A stretch of 63,181 bases of DNA, counting the filler, from Reticulomyxa filosa (lineage: Eukaryota > Protista > Foraminifera): assembly GCA_000512085.1 (NCBI GenBank). It is 18 parts of 18 records of this genome, joined end to end, with 100 filler letters (N's around TTAATTAATTAA, not from the genome) between each part and the next. Parts side by side here need not be neighbours in the genome. Positions count along the whole stretch, not along the records: positions 39,417 to 40,780 come from ASPP01013822.1; positions 40,881 to 42,795 come from ASPP01025950.1; positions 42,896 to 45,623 come from ASPP01019148.1; positions 45,724 to 48,137 come from ASPP01021212.1; positions 48,238 to 51,181 come from ASPP01019303.1; positions 51,282 to 54,531 come from ASPP01029622.1; 12 more parts are not named here. The stretch is one strand, 5' to 3'. The translations under genes and the position numbers were made by a program. Position 1 is the stretch's first letter. Each line of letters begins with the position of its first letter. The notes beneath the pieces were generated by a model. That model saw nothing but the letters and a program-made list of their open reading frames with translations, made no database searches and was not told the DNA's origin. Positions 39,417-51,836 of this stretch are shown piece by piece.

Positions 39417-40780
39417 TATGGCGGCAACCGTCACGGCTTCCTCGCCTTCTCGGAAATCCACCCCGACTACTATCAAATCCCCGTCGCCGACCGCGAACGG
39501 CTGATCGCCGAGCAGCAGCGGCTGCACGCCGAGGCCGAGGAAGAAGAACCGAGGCGGAGCAACCGCGTCGACCGCACCGACATCGAGGAAGCCTGCGCCG
39601 ACGCTGCCGAGGCGGCTTCCGTCCCGGACGAAGCGGCTCCTGCCGAATTTTCCAGCGATGCTCCCGCGAGCGAGCCGGTCACCGGAGCGCCCGACACCGA
39701 AGCGCCTGCCGCCGAAGCCCCCGCCTCCGGAGCAGAGGCCGTTGCGGTCGAAGCCACTCCGGCTGAAGCACCAGCCCCCGACGAAGCGCCCGCCGCTCCC
39801 ATCGTCCTCGAGACGGTGCCGGCGGACGAGCCCGAGCCGCAGGCCCAGCCCGCGGAGATTCCGGTCGAGCGTCTCGACGGTCCGGTTCATGTGGAGACGG
39901 CGGAAGCCTCGGCCGAAGTTGCCGCTGAAGGCGCCGAGCCGTCAGCCGAGCAGACCGCCGAACCCGACGATGAGTCTTCCTCGTCCGAAACAACCGATCC
40001 GGCCGACGCCCCGCAGCCCGACGTCACGGTCGAGACGCTGGGCGGCGACGAGGTGGTGGTCGAAGAGCGCGAGACGCGCGAGCGCCGCCGCCGCAACCCG
40101 ATTCGCCAGTACAAGATCCAGGAAGTCATCAAGCGCCGGCAGATCCTGCTGGTGCAGGTCGTCAAGGAAGAGCGCGGCAACAAGGGCGCCGCCCTCACCA
40201 CATACCTGTCGCTGGCCGGCCGCTACTGCGTCCTGATGCCCAATGCCGGTCGTGGCGGCGGCATCTCGCGCAAGATCTCCAATCCCTCCGATCGCAAGCG
40301 GATGAAGGAGATCCTGAGCGACCTCGACGTGCCGCAGGGCATGGGCGTGATCCTGCGCACCGCAGGGCTCGAGCGTTCCAACATCGACATCAAGCGCGAC
40401 TACGAATACCTGTCGCGCCTCTGGGATTCGATCCGCGAGATCACCATGCGCTCGACCGCGCCGGCGCTGATCTACGAGGAAGGCGATCTCATCAAGCGTT
40501 CGCTGCGCGACATCTACGATACGGACATTGCACAGGTCCTCGTCGAGGGTGAGGCGGGCTTCCAGGGCGCCGCGGAGTTCATGCGCCAGCTGGTGCCGCA
40601 CCAGGCAAACAAGGTCGAGCTCTACAAGGAACCGATTCCCCTCTTCCATCGCTACCAGGTGGAATCGCAGTTCGACGCCATGCACTCGCCGACGGTGCAG
40701 CTCCGCTCCGGCGGCTACATCGTGATCAATCCGACCGAGGCGCTGGTCGCCATCGACGTCAATTCGGGCCGTTCCACCAA
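39417..40780 (+). CDS. rne: Bacterial ribonuclease E, internal fragment (alphaproteobacterial type); whole contig is bacterial
   Basis: YGGNRHGFLAFSEIHPDYYQIP, acidic insertion, YKIQEVIKRRQILLVQVVKEERGNKGAALTTYLSLAGRYCVLMPN, LRSGGYIVINPTEALVAIDVNSGRST. Strongly GC-rich, intronless, open end to end. Confidence 0.97.
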
Positions 40781-40880
40781 NNNNNNNNNNNNNNNNNNNN
40801 NNNNNNNNNNNNNNNNNNNNNNNNTTAATTAATTAANNNNNNNNNNNNNNNNNNNNNNNNNNNNNNNNNNNNNNNNNNNN

Positions 40881-42350
40881 ATTCAGCTCGATTCCAATGT
40901 TTTCGTTTCCATCGGTTTCGACCGTGCCAAGATATAGCGGTTCCCACCTGACCTCCAAACAATTCCACTCGATCATTGATTCGCAATCTGGCAATTATTC
41001 GTTTCAACAGCTCGTTTTTTCCTGCGGTTGATAGCCTTCTTGGTTTGTGGATCACGACGTCATCGTCAACCCCATCGTCTTCGTCGATTGTCTTCATTTG
41101 GTCGTTGTCATTGTGAGGTCATCATTGGGATGGCCCACTGGAGTTCCATTTCCAAGTCTTCCGGAATGGTCTCTTCCTCTTCCTCGATTTACAATTCGCG
41201 CGATTCCACATAGTTGGCACGAGCAAAGTAGCCATGGTCATATTTGTAATCAAAATATCTCTTGTTGTTGTTTTTGTTTCATCCCATTCCACCACCCCCT
41301 TTCTTCTATCAGTCTTATCAATGTTACCAACATTCACTATCTCCCATTTCGACAAGAAAGAAGACAACACAAGTTCGTTTTGGCCTACTTTTCGCCTCAA
41401 AGCGTCCATCGCTGCCATGTTCGATGGGATCATCAAGTTCCAATCCGACCAGTATGGCATTTACCATTGGCGTCTTGACGATATATTTCACAACGCTGTT
41501 TAGTTTTGTTAATTGTTATTTGTTTTTCTTCAAGTCATTACAATGTCTCCTTCTTTTAATTTGCATGTGTGTTTGTCCAATGGATACGGCCAAGCAAAGA
41601 AAGACATTGTCAAACCTCTCAATTGGATGCAGTAGGAGGGAGAGTTTACCAATTTTAAAAAAATACCTTTTTTTTATCTTTAAGCATAATGCGATCACCA
41701 ATGTCAAAGAAGGAATCTTCAGTCCGATTTTTTCCAAGTCTTGATGATCATTTCTTTTGCCATGGTTATTTTTGCAATCAAAATAAGCTTGTCCGCCGAC
41801 TGTCCATTATATCTTTGGCCTGGCTTCGTCAGCTCAATGCCATATCTGACATCTTTGGCAAGTGGACTTTTCCAATTTATTTGATCACACATATTATAGA
41901 CATATATACATAGACATTTAAAAAAACTTATCAAAAAAAAACCTTTTTGATTTTCAATCATTTCCACTCGGTCATCAACGACATAATTCCCCGTTTCAAT
42001 CTTGTTTTGTCCCTTGTTCTTGTTAACTCCTCGCCGTGTTGTTTTTTTTCTCTCCACAACCTCATGGAGGGCTCTTTCCTGTGATGGCGACTGGAAGGAT
42101 GCTGCGACTGGTCCTCGGCGCTGCTTTCTCTCAGTGGGCCCTCGTCGTCGTCCAAGCGCGGCTGCATTGGACTTGTTTCGTTCAGTGTAGTGCCGGTGAT
42201 GACGCTTCTTGCAAAAATGTGATAGTGTCTTTCTGTAATGATAAGATTAAATCAAATACTTGCGAAAAGTCACATATGAACAGTAGATCATGGATAGATT
42301 AAGTTGTGTGGACCTACCGGAGATTTCGCTCCATAGTTTCATCCATGAAT
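40881..42350 (-). CDS. Multi-CAP-Gly-domain protein, multi-exon with frameshifts, 3'-truncated
   Basis: Three CAP-Gly-like units: VDDRVEMIENQKG..VRYGIELTKPG, ILVGLELDDPIEHGSDG, RINDRVELFGGQVG. Confidence 0.7.
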
Positions 42351-43739
42351 GATCTGTCATCTTGATGATGTACAAAAAAAACCAAAGCTCAGATCTACCC
42401 TTTAGCTTCCGGCAATTTTTTTTTAGAGATTAGTGCATGAAAAGAAAGTTATAGTGATGATCATTCTCTCAATAAAGAATAACATTTAAACATATTTTTT
42501 TATCTCAAAAATATGTATAAATGTTGTAATTTTTAAATATACAAAATTTGTAAATATTTAAAAAATAATTAAGGTTAAATGTTTATGACAGTTTACTGAA
42601 GAAGTGCTATTGCCATACATTTCAAAAAATTTAACAAAGTATCAATCGATATTGCTTTTGATATGAGCTAATTGCGATCTGATGCAACAATTGAAGCACA
42701 GATTTCAACGTCCAAGCAAACTGATAGTATTGATATCCACTGACACAACAAATGTTTAATTATAACTTTTAAAAGAAAAAATTTTAATTTTTTTTNNNNN
42801 NNNNNNNNNNNNNNNNNNNNNNNNNNNNNNNNNNNNNNNTTAATTAATTAANNNNNNNNNNNNNNNNNNNNNNNNNNNNNNNNNNNNNNNNNNNNTTTTT
42901 TTTGGTGAGATTGAATAATTGATGGATAAAAATAATTTTATTAAATGTATTTCATCTAAGGAATGAACTTGATTTGATACACTTATATTTAGTTGCATGT
43001 TTTCAATAAATGGTTTAAATATGAATCAAAATAAAGGACTGTTAAAAGGATGTGTTAAAAATGTAATCAAATTAAAGACAGTAGTTGTAAAGAAAGTATG
43101 AAACATTTATATTGCATTGATAATAAATCATGTCTTTTTTTTTTGTGAGGGAAATATGTTACTGATTGTAAAGCATTGTCCATGTCATCCAATTCAAAGA
43201 AATGTACAATGTGTGGAAGCACAAACAAAGTATAGGTGATAGTTAATCAAATGCATTGAATGAATAATCACCACATATTCGCAATCACTCAGAATTGATG
43301 AACTTACTCTCGAAATTTCCAAAACTTATTAAAGATTTCAAAGAAGTTGTTAATACCACAAACACCATTAGCGTGCCCATTAAATATTTGCAATTGTTTA
43401 TTGTGCCTAAAATCCCAAAAACAAATTATTTTATCATATAATACAATATTTTTTTTTTTGTTCAATTTTATTTAAGTTTGTTTTTAATTTTAGTTGCATT
43501 TTAGTAATAATAGTTGAAAATTGTAGTTTATTATTTATTTATTTATTTTAACGTTTGCACGTTTTTGAATAACTGATGCAATTTGCGTTTTTTTGTAGTA
43601 ATAGAGCGTATTTTATATTTTTACTAATTAAAAACTTAGGATAATTTGTTGTAGTTGATGATACTTTTTTGTATATAGTATTTTTTATTACTTATGATTT
43701 TGTTTAATTTGGTGTCTGTGGTTTACTTGGTATTATCTG

Positions 43740-45623
43740 AAGCGGATGGCTGAAGAGAATTTGTTTATAGACCATACCGATCGAACAAATAAGTGACTAT
43801 GATTATCTACATTTGCTTTTGTTGATAGAATATCAATAATAGTGGTAGCAATATCAATAAAAAGAATGTAATTTGGTATGCTATAGACCTTGTTAATATT
43901 GTCCGAAGGGCAAAGATCTTGGCACAGCCATAGCAGAGATAAAGACAAAACACATTGAAGACAGTTGTTACCAGATGGACATGCTGTCTGTATTTATGAC
44001 ATTCACGATTTTCTGTCAAATTAATAACAAAAAAAAGTTGAAAGATGGTGATTTTACTAGCTTTCATAATCATCATTGAATTGTTGATCCAAAACACAAT
44101 CATCTCTGCCAGCGGCAAAAACAAATGATTTTCGTGAATGTTATGTAACAAGGAGAGAAAAACATTGATTCACTATTCTCAAACAAACACAAGTTCAAGA
44201 TAACGCTCAGATCAGTCACTGCTTCCAAAGTTACTTAATGTTTGACCTGCTATCTCAAAAGCAAGATGACAAGTAGAAACTATTCAAATTTTTTTGTATT
44301 TTGTTGGTGTAAATAATGTGCGGTCTGCTGCGACAAAAGAGTGATTTGAGCAGATATGAGTGGATGGGCACGCATAGATCGCAGATTGTGATTTTTTTGG
44401 GAATGATGTGTCCCATCCAAAGTGATTGTCACATTGAGCGATTGGTCTGGCTTCAACACTCGCTTGTAATCCAAGTCACGAAGTTGCCCGAAATGGTTTC
44501 CAATACATTACACACGAGAGACTGGAGCTATTGCACATCTTGCGATACCAATAAACAAAAGTAATACTGTTGGCATCAGTTGATATCTCTAATATGTAAA
44601 GGCAGGACTTTCATTGTTGAGTTTGGAAACGGATGTTCGCAAATACTAAGTCAGAAAATCCGTGATTGCTTGTCACAACGTTTCTATAGCCTCTGGAGAC
44701 GTGGGGCCTGGAGATTATCCTTTGATCAATGCAAAAAGCATATGTGCAAATTCGGCTGGAGAAACGCTGATAACAATTGTTTGGAAATGGGAAATTGTGA
44801 TTTTTAAGAAGAGAAAGGATTATCTCAGTGTTGATTTCGCTGGGCCTATTCAAAATCAAATCGCTAATGTCCTTTATAACTTTAGAATATTGATATCTTT
44901 CACTTGTTTTTAAATCGCTGCAATTTCCAATTCAATGACTCTTTTTTGGTTGAGATTGCCTTCAGCTTCTTTGCTCACATCTTCATCCTTTTTCCGTTCC
45001 AAATTGGAGTCGTTTCCACCTTTGGCAATTTTTACCAACTCTTGGGACGAAATCTCGAGCTCTTGACTTATACGTTTCATCGCTTCAATGACTTCGTCTT
45101 TGCGAGTTTCTTAATTTTATTTGATTTTATTATTTTTTTTCAGATTTTCTTCTACAAAAAAATATAATTACTGCCTTGAATTTTGTCTAATCATGTCGAA
45201 AGACAATTGCACCCAGTATGACATGAACGCATTGTGGACACAATCTTGTATCTTTGTGTCGCCGGCATTGCAGCAATACGTTGAGAAAATGCAGACGTCT
45301 TTGCGGAGTGGCACATACCAACTAACCATATACACAAACATATGTGCATACACTTATCCACATACATAACAGTGGCAATATAGTTTGAGACTGCAAGATA
45401 AGCAAAGCGGCCTGGAGTGAATGTTTGCGGGGCTGCCTTTACAGAGCACATCTGCAGAGAAGATGAAGATCTGTTCCAAGGCCAGTCGAAAGTTGCCCAA
45501 AGTGCGAGATGTTAAAAAAAATCAACAAATAATCATCTGAAAACAAACAACACAAAAAAAAACTTTGATTTGTCTGGAATGATCATGCTCAATGGATTGC
45601 ATAATAAATTGGCAAACTGCAAT
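43740..45623 (-). CDS. Fragmented hypothetical protein (multi-exon or disrupted)
   Basis: Higher-GC, coding-like stretches on the - strand (e.g. ETRKDEVIEAMKRISQELE..., DISDLILNRPSEINTEIILSLL) with intron-like breaks; no family recognised. Confidence 0.45.
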
Positions 45624-47499
45624 NNNNNNNNNNNNNNNNNNNNNNNNNNNNNNNNNNNNNNNNNNNNTTAATTAATTAANNNNNNNNNNNNNNNNNNNNN
45701 NNNNNNNNNNNNNNNNNNNNNNNGATATGTTTTAGGCGTTCAGTTTTCTTTGCAACATACTGTACAATATATTTGCATAACATAGAAAATATTGAATATA
45801 TATTTCAAAGTTCATATATCGTCAACAAAAATATATTGCAATACTTGTAATATCGGCCAAAATACAAGTTCGAAAAAGGATTAATGACTGTGCAAATAAA
45901 TGTGTTATCATTTGTCTGTCAAATGTGTTGCGTTAAATGAATTGATGAACAAATTGTTGTATTTGTTTCAAAATTTCCATAGTTACAGTAATGCCATGTC
46001 ACCAACATCATATAATGTATATATCATGAAGTGCAAGTGCACGTGATTTTCACAATAACCCTTTTCGCAATTCATCCATGCAAATGAGTTAGTAATAAAC
46101 AAACATGTAATGTGTGGATAGTAACTATTCAAGCAAGCGAATATTGGTCTCAAAAACTGCAATCTAACGTTCAAGTTGTTCGACGAACGTTGAAAATACA
46201 GTTTTTTTGTTTTTCAAATAAAACAAGTTAAACATTTTACAAGAAATACATTCACGTTTTGTTGATCAGCGTCAAAGTGAGAAAACTTGAACCTTTGTCT
46301 CTACTTTTCCTTTTTACTTTCAACAAAAGTTTTTTTGTGTTGATAATTATTTTCTTATTTATTCGTTTTCATTTTATTGAAAACTTATTTTAATAACAAT
46401 TACTTTCATATTGCACTTAAGTCGCACTCAATCTTTTTACAATTTTATATCAATTTTACAGTCAATATGCTAAAAATCGAACAGTGTTTGTATAGAAGGA
46501 ATGTTACTACTGATTATTTGCTTGAAATTTCAGATATGTAATAAGCGAGATCCATAAAAGTGCAACAACTTTAATAAGATTGTAAACAAAGGCTTGACAT
46601 CATACCTCCGTTTCAAAAGACAGCGATGTGAAAATGTCAAAAAATTGATAAAGTTTTTTCACTCACATTCCTTAAAATTACAATGTTCAATTGCTTTCTG
46701 TTGCTTTCAAACTTATTTCCTCATTTCAAGCAATTCACACTGGGAGGAAAAAAGAACCCCAAGCCAACAAACACACCAAAAAAAAGCCCTGGCAATTTGC
46801 TCACAAAACGAAAACAAAGGGGAAAAAAGAAAAAAGGAAGGTTCGTTGACTAAACTCGTGTCACTTTCAAGAGGCAACAAAACAGGCCCAAAAAAGACTC
46901 AATCACCCACAAACAGTCCAAAGTTTCACACAAAAAGTTCAACACTCCAATGGAAAAGTATTCCACACACATACACACTTTTTATGCTTATCCGCAAGTT
47001 ACGCACTAGCATTTGCGCATTGCTTGCACTCACACATAACTAACAAAAACATACAAAAAAAAAAAAAAACAAAAATAAAATAAAATGAAAAAACTGAGAA
47101 AATAAAATAAGGAAATTTTTAATAAAAAAAGCACACCAAATCCTGCACATGTTAAAAAAAAGGTTGCACCATCACATAGAGATTATAACAAGGCCGATTG
47201 GTCCGTCAAATAATGGCGTGTTTCCAGGTAATGTTTGCATAAAACAACATATAATAGATTGAAAAAAGACACAACACAGACCAACAAAAGAAAGAGCCTC
47301 ACAAACGATCTTTTTGATTGATTTGTTTTTTCATCTTTTCATCTGTTTGCCTTGTTTTTTTTTAAAAAAAAAAGAGAAGCCACATACCAATAAAAAAAAA
47401 ATAACAAACAACGACGACAAAAAAAAAAACACTACATAAACATAATACCGCGAATCAAGTTATTCCATTGTTGCTTTTAATGATTTAAAAAAAAAAAAA

Positions 47500-48137
47500 T
47501 TAAGATTGCTCAGAAAATGAGTCTTGACTGGTCTGCCTAGCAATGACATCGGGGATGTTGAAGTCATCCCCGCACCGATTTTCTTCAGTGCCAAAGTGGT
47601 GAACCAACAAGTTTGTTTGTGATTTGACTGGTGCAGTTAGAATCAAGTCTAAAGTGGATGACTCGTTCTCAAACTGGTCTGCACAGTCGTTGCGAGCGAC
47701 TCTTTCAAAATCGTGCATTGGATCGTCGAGGTAGCTGTTGTCTTCTCGAATTACAGAGTCTGTTGCATTGAAGCATTCGAACACAATTAAAACAAATGAC
47801 ATCAAAGACTCCAAAAAAAAAAAAAGTTAAAGTAAACTAATTAAATAAATTATATATATGTATACATATATATAATTTATTTAATTAGTTTAGTTTGTGA
47901 TTTGTAAATACAAAAAGTGAAAAGACCTTGAGAGCATGGTGTATCGCTACGCTCCTCTTCATCGATAGGAATAGGCTTTTGGCAACTTCCAAACGACCAG
48001 GGGAACCTTGGTGAGGCATTTTCTCCGTGATGATGATGATGATGATGATTTTCGGAGGCATTATTGACTTCATTCGTCTTGCCACAATATCCTTTAGCTT
48101 TACTTTTCACGTCCATATTCCTTGGATTCCTCACGTC
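47500..48137 (-). CDS. 3' end of a low-complexity hypothetical protein (poly-His)
   Basis: Two ORF pieces separated by an AT-rich intron; ENHHHHHHHGE. Confidence 0.5.
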
Positions 48138-48237
48138 NNNNNNNNNNNNNNNNNNNNNNNNNNNNNNNNNNNNNNNNNNNNTTAATTAATTAANNNNNNN
48201 NNNNNNNNNNNNNNNNNNNNNNNNNNNNNNNNNNNNN

Positions 48238-48704
48238 TAGATTATCGTCTGGGTCGTACTCGCATACCTTATTGTGGCTTGGCGAAGTATTTGTATTCTC
48301 CAATAAAAAATGCTCATGGTGTTGAGTCCAATGCCCAAGCAGAACAACATCAATCGTTTCAATTTCTTATTGATTAACAGTAGGTTTTGTCGTTGTTTTG
48401 TTGTTGGTTTTGTTGTTGTTTTGTTGTTGTTTTGTCTACATTTTGTTTATATTTGGAAGTGTTTATTGCCAAAGTTTTCATTATCTTCAAAAAATCTCAA
48501 AATCATCAAACAAATTTCTTTATGCTGGGTATACAAAAGTCTAATTAAATGCTGGTCTCTGGTTTGAAGGCCGATGTCGCAAAAGCTAGAATTTATGGTA
48601 ATTTGAGAAAAATAATCTTGGTTTGATGAAGACAAGTTATTCAAACTATTAAATAACAATCCGCTTGACTCAATTTCTTTTGTGTTCCGTGGAATGAACG
48701 ACAT
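48238..48704 (-). CDS. 5' part of a hypothetical protein divergent from QCR6
   Basis: ATG at 48704, MSFIPRNTKEIESSGLLFNSL...; continues in broken frames to the contig end. Confidence 0.4.
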
Positions 48705-48960
48705 GAATTTTGAATTTTTTATTGTTCTGTTAATATTATGTATGGAACGATAAGAGGATTAAGTTGTTAATAATCCAGCCAAATTTTATTGCAGATTTAT
48801 GTTTGGTTAAGCAGAAGCTATTCAAATAGTAAACAAATAAAATTTTACCCGTAGTAAGGGCGTAAACTGAGATTTCAAAAGTTCCAAAGGAATTTATCTT
48901 GGTAATTGTTATTCTTTTGATTTTTATCTTTGGCGTTGTTCGCAACTAGATCCAACAGTA

Positions 48961-49376
48961 ATGTCGGAAGAGCCAGTCGATCACAGATGGGAGGTATGAA
49001 TTTCTGTGGCAAGAATTCGCACTGGAAAAAACGAAATTTTTTTTAAATAGATATGGGAAAAGTCAAAAAAACTCCATTGTAAAGAGGTTGAGAAACAATA
49101 CGAGCAATGCAAAGAACGCTATAAAAAAAGAGCACCAGACCAAGACGAGGCCACATGCAAGCAGTGGTATTTTGATTTGGCGACATGTTTTACTAAGCAT
49201 GTTAGCTCTTGTTCCATCTCTTTTTCTTTTGTATTTGAGGCAAGGGACATTACACAGTACAAGCCTCTTCTCAAAAAAGTTTTAAAAGATGATATAATTC
49301 CTACAAACACAAGTGCTCCTTGTTTTTCATGTTCGTTTAATAGGCAACCCACGAGATTTTTCATCACTTAAAATAA
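48961..49376 (+). CDS. QCR6: Cytochrome bc1 complex hinge protein (QCR6/UQCRH), 3 exons; absent from the ORF track
   Basis: Exons 48961-48993, 49051-49200, 49344-49376 give MSEEPVDHRWEIWEKSKKLHCKEVEKQYEQCKERYKKRAPDQDEATCKQWYFDLATCFTKHATHEIFHHLK*. This matches the plant-type hinge pattern VDP....C...Y..C..R......C..QYFD...C.......LF..LK. Confidence 0.88.
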
Positions 49377-49783
49377 AAGGGAAAACTCGGATGAAACATT
49401 CAAAAGTTGGAGATTGTTTTTTTCCCTTTTTTTTTGAATCTCAAGATGTTTACTTCAGAAATTAATGTCCATCATCCTTTGTGGTACTTTTTTTTAACAA
49501 TTGTACCTTTGTTTGAAAAGGACTTCTTGAAAGAAAAAGCGTTAATTCCAACTTTGGGCCTATTTCTCACACATTTTCGTCTGCATTAATCGATCAACCT
49601 TGAATTTTGTCCAACGTTTTGAATCATCATTTTATTTTCACCAAAAAAATTGCACCTAATTACCCAATACGAGTTCTTTAGAATTAAAAAACTATTGTTG
49701 GCCAGTAAATATTGTGTAATTTCAGCCACTAAAACAAATTGAAAACCTGTTTTAGAATTTTTGGTAAAAACTAATAATTAAAA

Positions 49784-51181
49784 ATGACTTGGCAAATATT
49801 ACTATATTTTCTGTTATCAGCTGTTTGTTTAGGTGCAATCCCATTAAAGTTTCCACATGTGCCAGAACAACTTCGTGATACCTTTGCCAAAGACTCAATG
49901 TCTTTTAAAAGAGGAGTTCGAGAAGCGTTTGGCAAAAAACTGAGTCAATGGACAGAGGAAATGACCGTGAATGAATATACAATCAATGAATTTCTGTCAG
50001 AAGGAATGCACGACAAATTGATCGAGTATTTGTTGTATGATTTTCTGGCCAATGACTGCGAATGGGTGGATAAAGTGTGGGGTGCAAACGTTGGCGACTG
50101 GAAGGTTTCAAACTTCAAACAAAAGGAAAAAAAAAAGGGAAATTTTAAAAACGCTAGCCCCGCAAATGTTTTTTTTTTTTAAAAAGGGGGGGGGGAAATC
50201 CACAGAGATACGTAACTCCATCAGGACCTTTCCTTACATATACATGTATATACACGCACATAAATGCATATGCTCACATATACATACCTATGTATATGTA
50301 TATGAATATGTAATTGTTGAAACAGTACGTGGAAAAAAACCAAGTCTCACTGATGAGTGAGAAAGTGAGCAATTTGTGGGCGCAAGTGGAGTTTGAATGG
50401 AAGCAATGGCAGAGCGACGACAAGACGGGGGGAGGGATATTGTTATCGGACGAGATGTTGGCGAAAAAGAAGGTGTTGGGACAGCAAATACTGCAATTGA
50501 AAAAGCTGGACAAGTTGGAGCAAAAGAGTGGAATGAGAAGCAGGGAGTTTACAGCAGAGCGTGCGCAAAGCAAAGAGACCTGCAGAATGGTGGATCCAGT
50601 GACAGTGTTTGGCGATGATTTGTTTTATTACCAGACCACGTTGTTGCAGCAGACATTGTCCGACAAAAGCGACAAGTGGGAGTTGTTGGAAGAATCGATT
50701 TCAGTGAAGCGAAGCGACGTGGAAGAAGACAAAGAAGAAGTGATTGAAAGCACAGAAGACGTATCCTCTTCGGAAGACCCCTACGAGGAATCGGACGACA
50801 GTAGTGGTTCATTGGAATGGAGCGAATTGGACTCAGCGGAGTCCACTGCTGTTTCCGATGACTCGGTGTCTGTTTCGAGCGAGGAATGGGAAGTTCTGGA
50901 AGAGGGAGAGGAGACCACTGATCAACCTGAAGAAAGCACTGTCGATGCAACTTCTGACGATTCGGTATCAGATAGCAACAGTGATAGCAACAGTGATAGC
51001 AACAGTGATAGCAATAGTAATAGCAACAGTAATTCCGTGGAGTGGGCTGTGGAAGATTATCAGACCACAGAGTTGTACGATTCTGACTACGAGTGGAGTG
51101 AAGATCTTAGTTTCGAGACTACACAAGACGCAATGGATACAACCGAACAAACAGAAGCAGAAGAAGAAGAAGAAGAAGAAG
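49784..51181 (+). CDS. Secreted protein with a very acidic Ser/Asp/Glu-rich C-terminal region (3'-truncated)
   Basis: Signal peptide MTWQILLYFLLSAVCLG; intron ~50105-50325; (SDSN)n and poly-E tracts. Confidence 0.75.
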
Positions 51182-51492
51182 NNNNNNNNNNNNNNNNNNN
51201 NNNNNNNNNNNNNNNNNNNNNNNNNTTAATTAATTAANNNNNNNNNNNNNNNNNNNNNNNNNNNNNNNNNNNNNNNNNNNNATGTATGTGTGTATGCTTA
51301 TCTGCAGAACGTAGTCAATTACATTGAGACACAGCACCTATTCATCCCACAGTTGTGCGAAAATCATTTGTGTCATTTCTATTTGCTGTTGTCGCACAAG
51401 TGGATGTATACGCACTTGCACGATCTGCGTGCCAAAGGCGACTTGCAAACAAAGTATTATCGCATTAATGCACCCTTCGATATCGCAATTCG

Positions 51493-51660
51493 TTTCACTT
51501 GGCTCTCGCATTTCATTTTACTTAACTATCGCGTTTTATCTCATTTGGCCATTGCACTTTGTTTCACTTGACTCTCGCATTTTATTTCACTTTGCTCTCG
51601 CGTTTCATTTTACTTGACTCTTGTATTTCATTTTACTCGCTTGGCTCTAGCATTTTACTT
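51493..51660. repeat. 23-nt tandem repeat (TTTCACTTGRCTCTCGCATTTYA), about 7 degenerate copies
   Basis: Visible directly in the sequence. Confidence 0.85.
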
Positions 51661-51836
51661 TATTTTTTTGCGTTTATATCGTTTTTCCAAAATAAACCAA
51701 AAATAAAATTATTTTATACTTTTTCATTATATAAAAATAGTAAAAACTAAATGTCTACATCAAGTGAATTTTTTTGTTAAAAAAAAATTGAAGTCATTTC
51801 AAAATTTTTGTCATTTATGATTGAATACTAAAAAAA

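Noticed and set aside
39369-40725. Long overlapping and antisense ORFs on the GC-rich contig
   Set aside because: Shadow ORFs of rne caused by high GC.
51493-51660. Possible CRISPR array
   Set aside because: Units are contiguous and degenerate with no unique spacers, there are no cas genes, and the context is eukaryotic.
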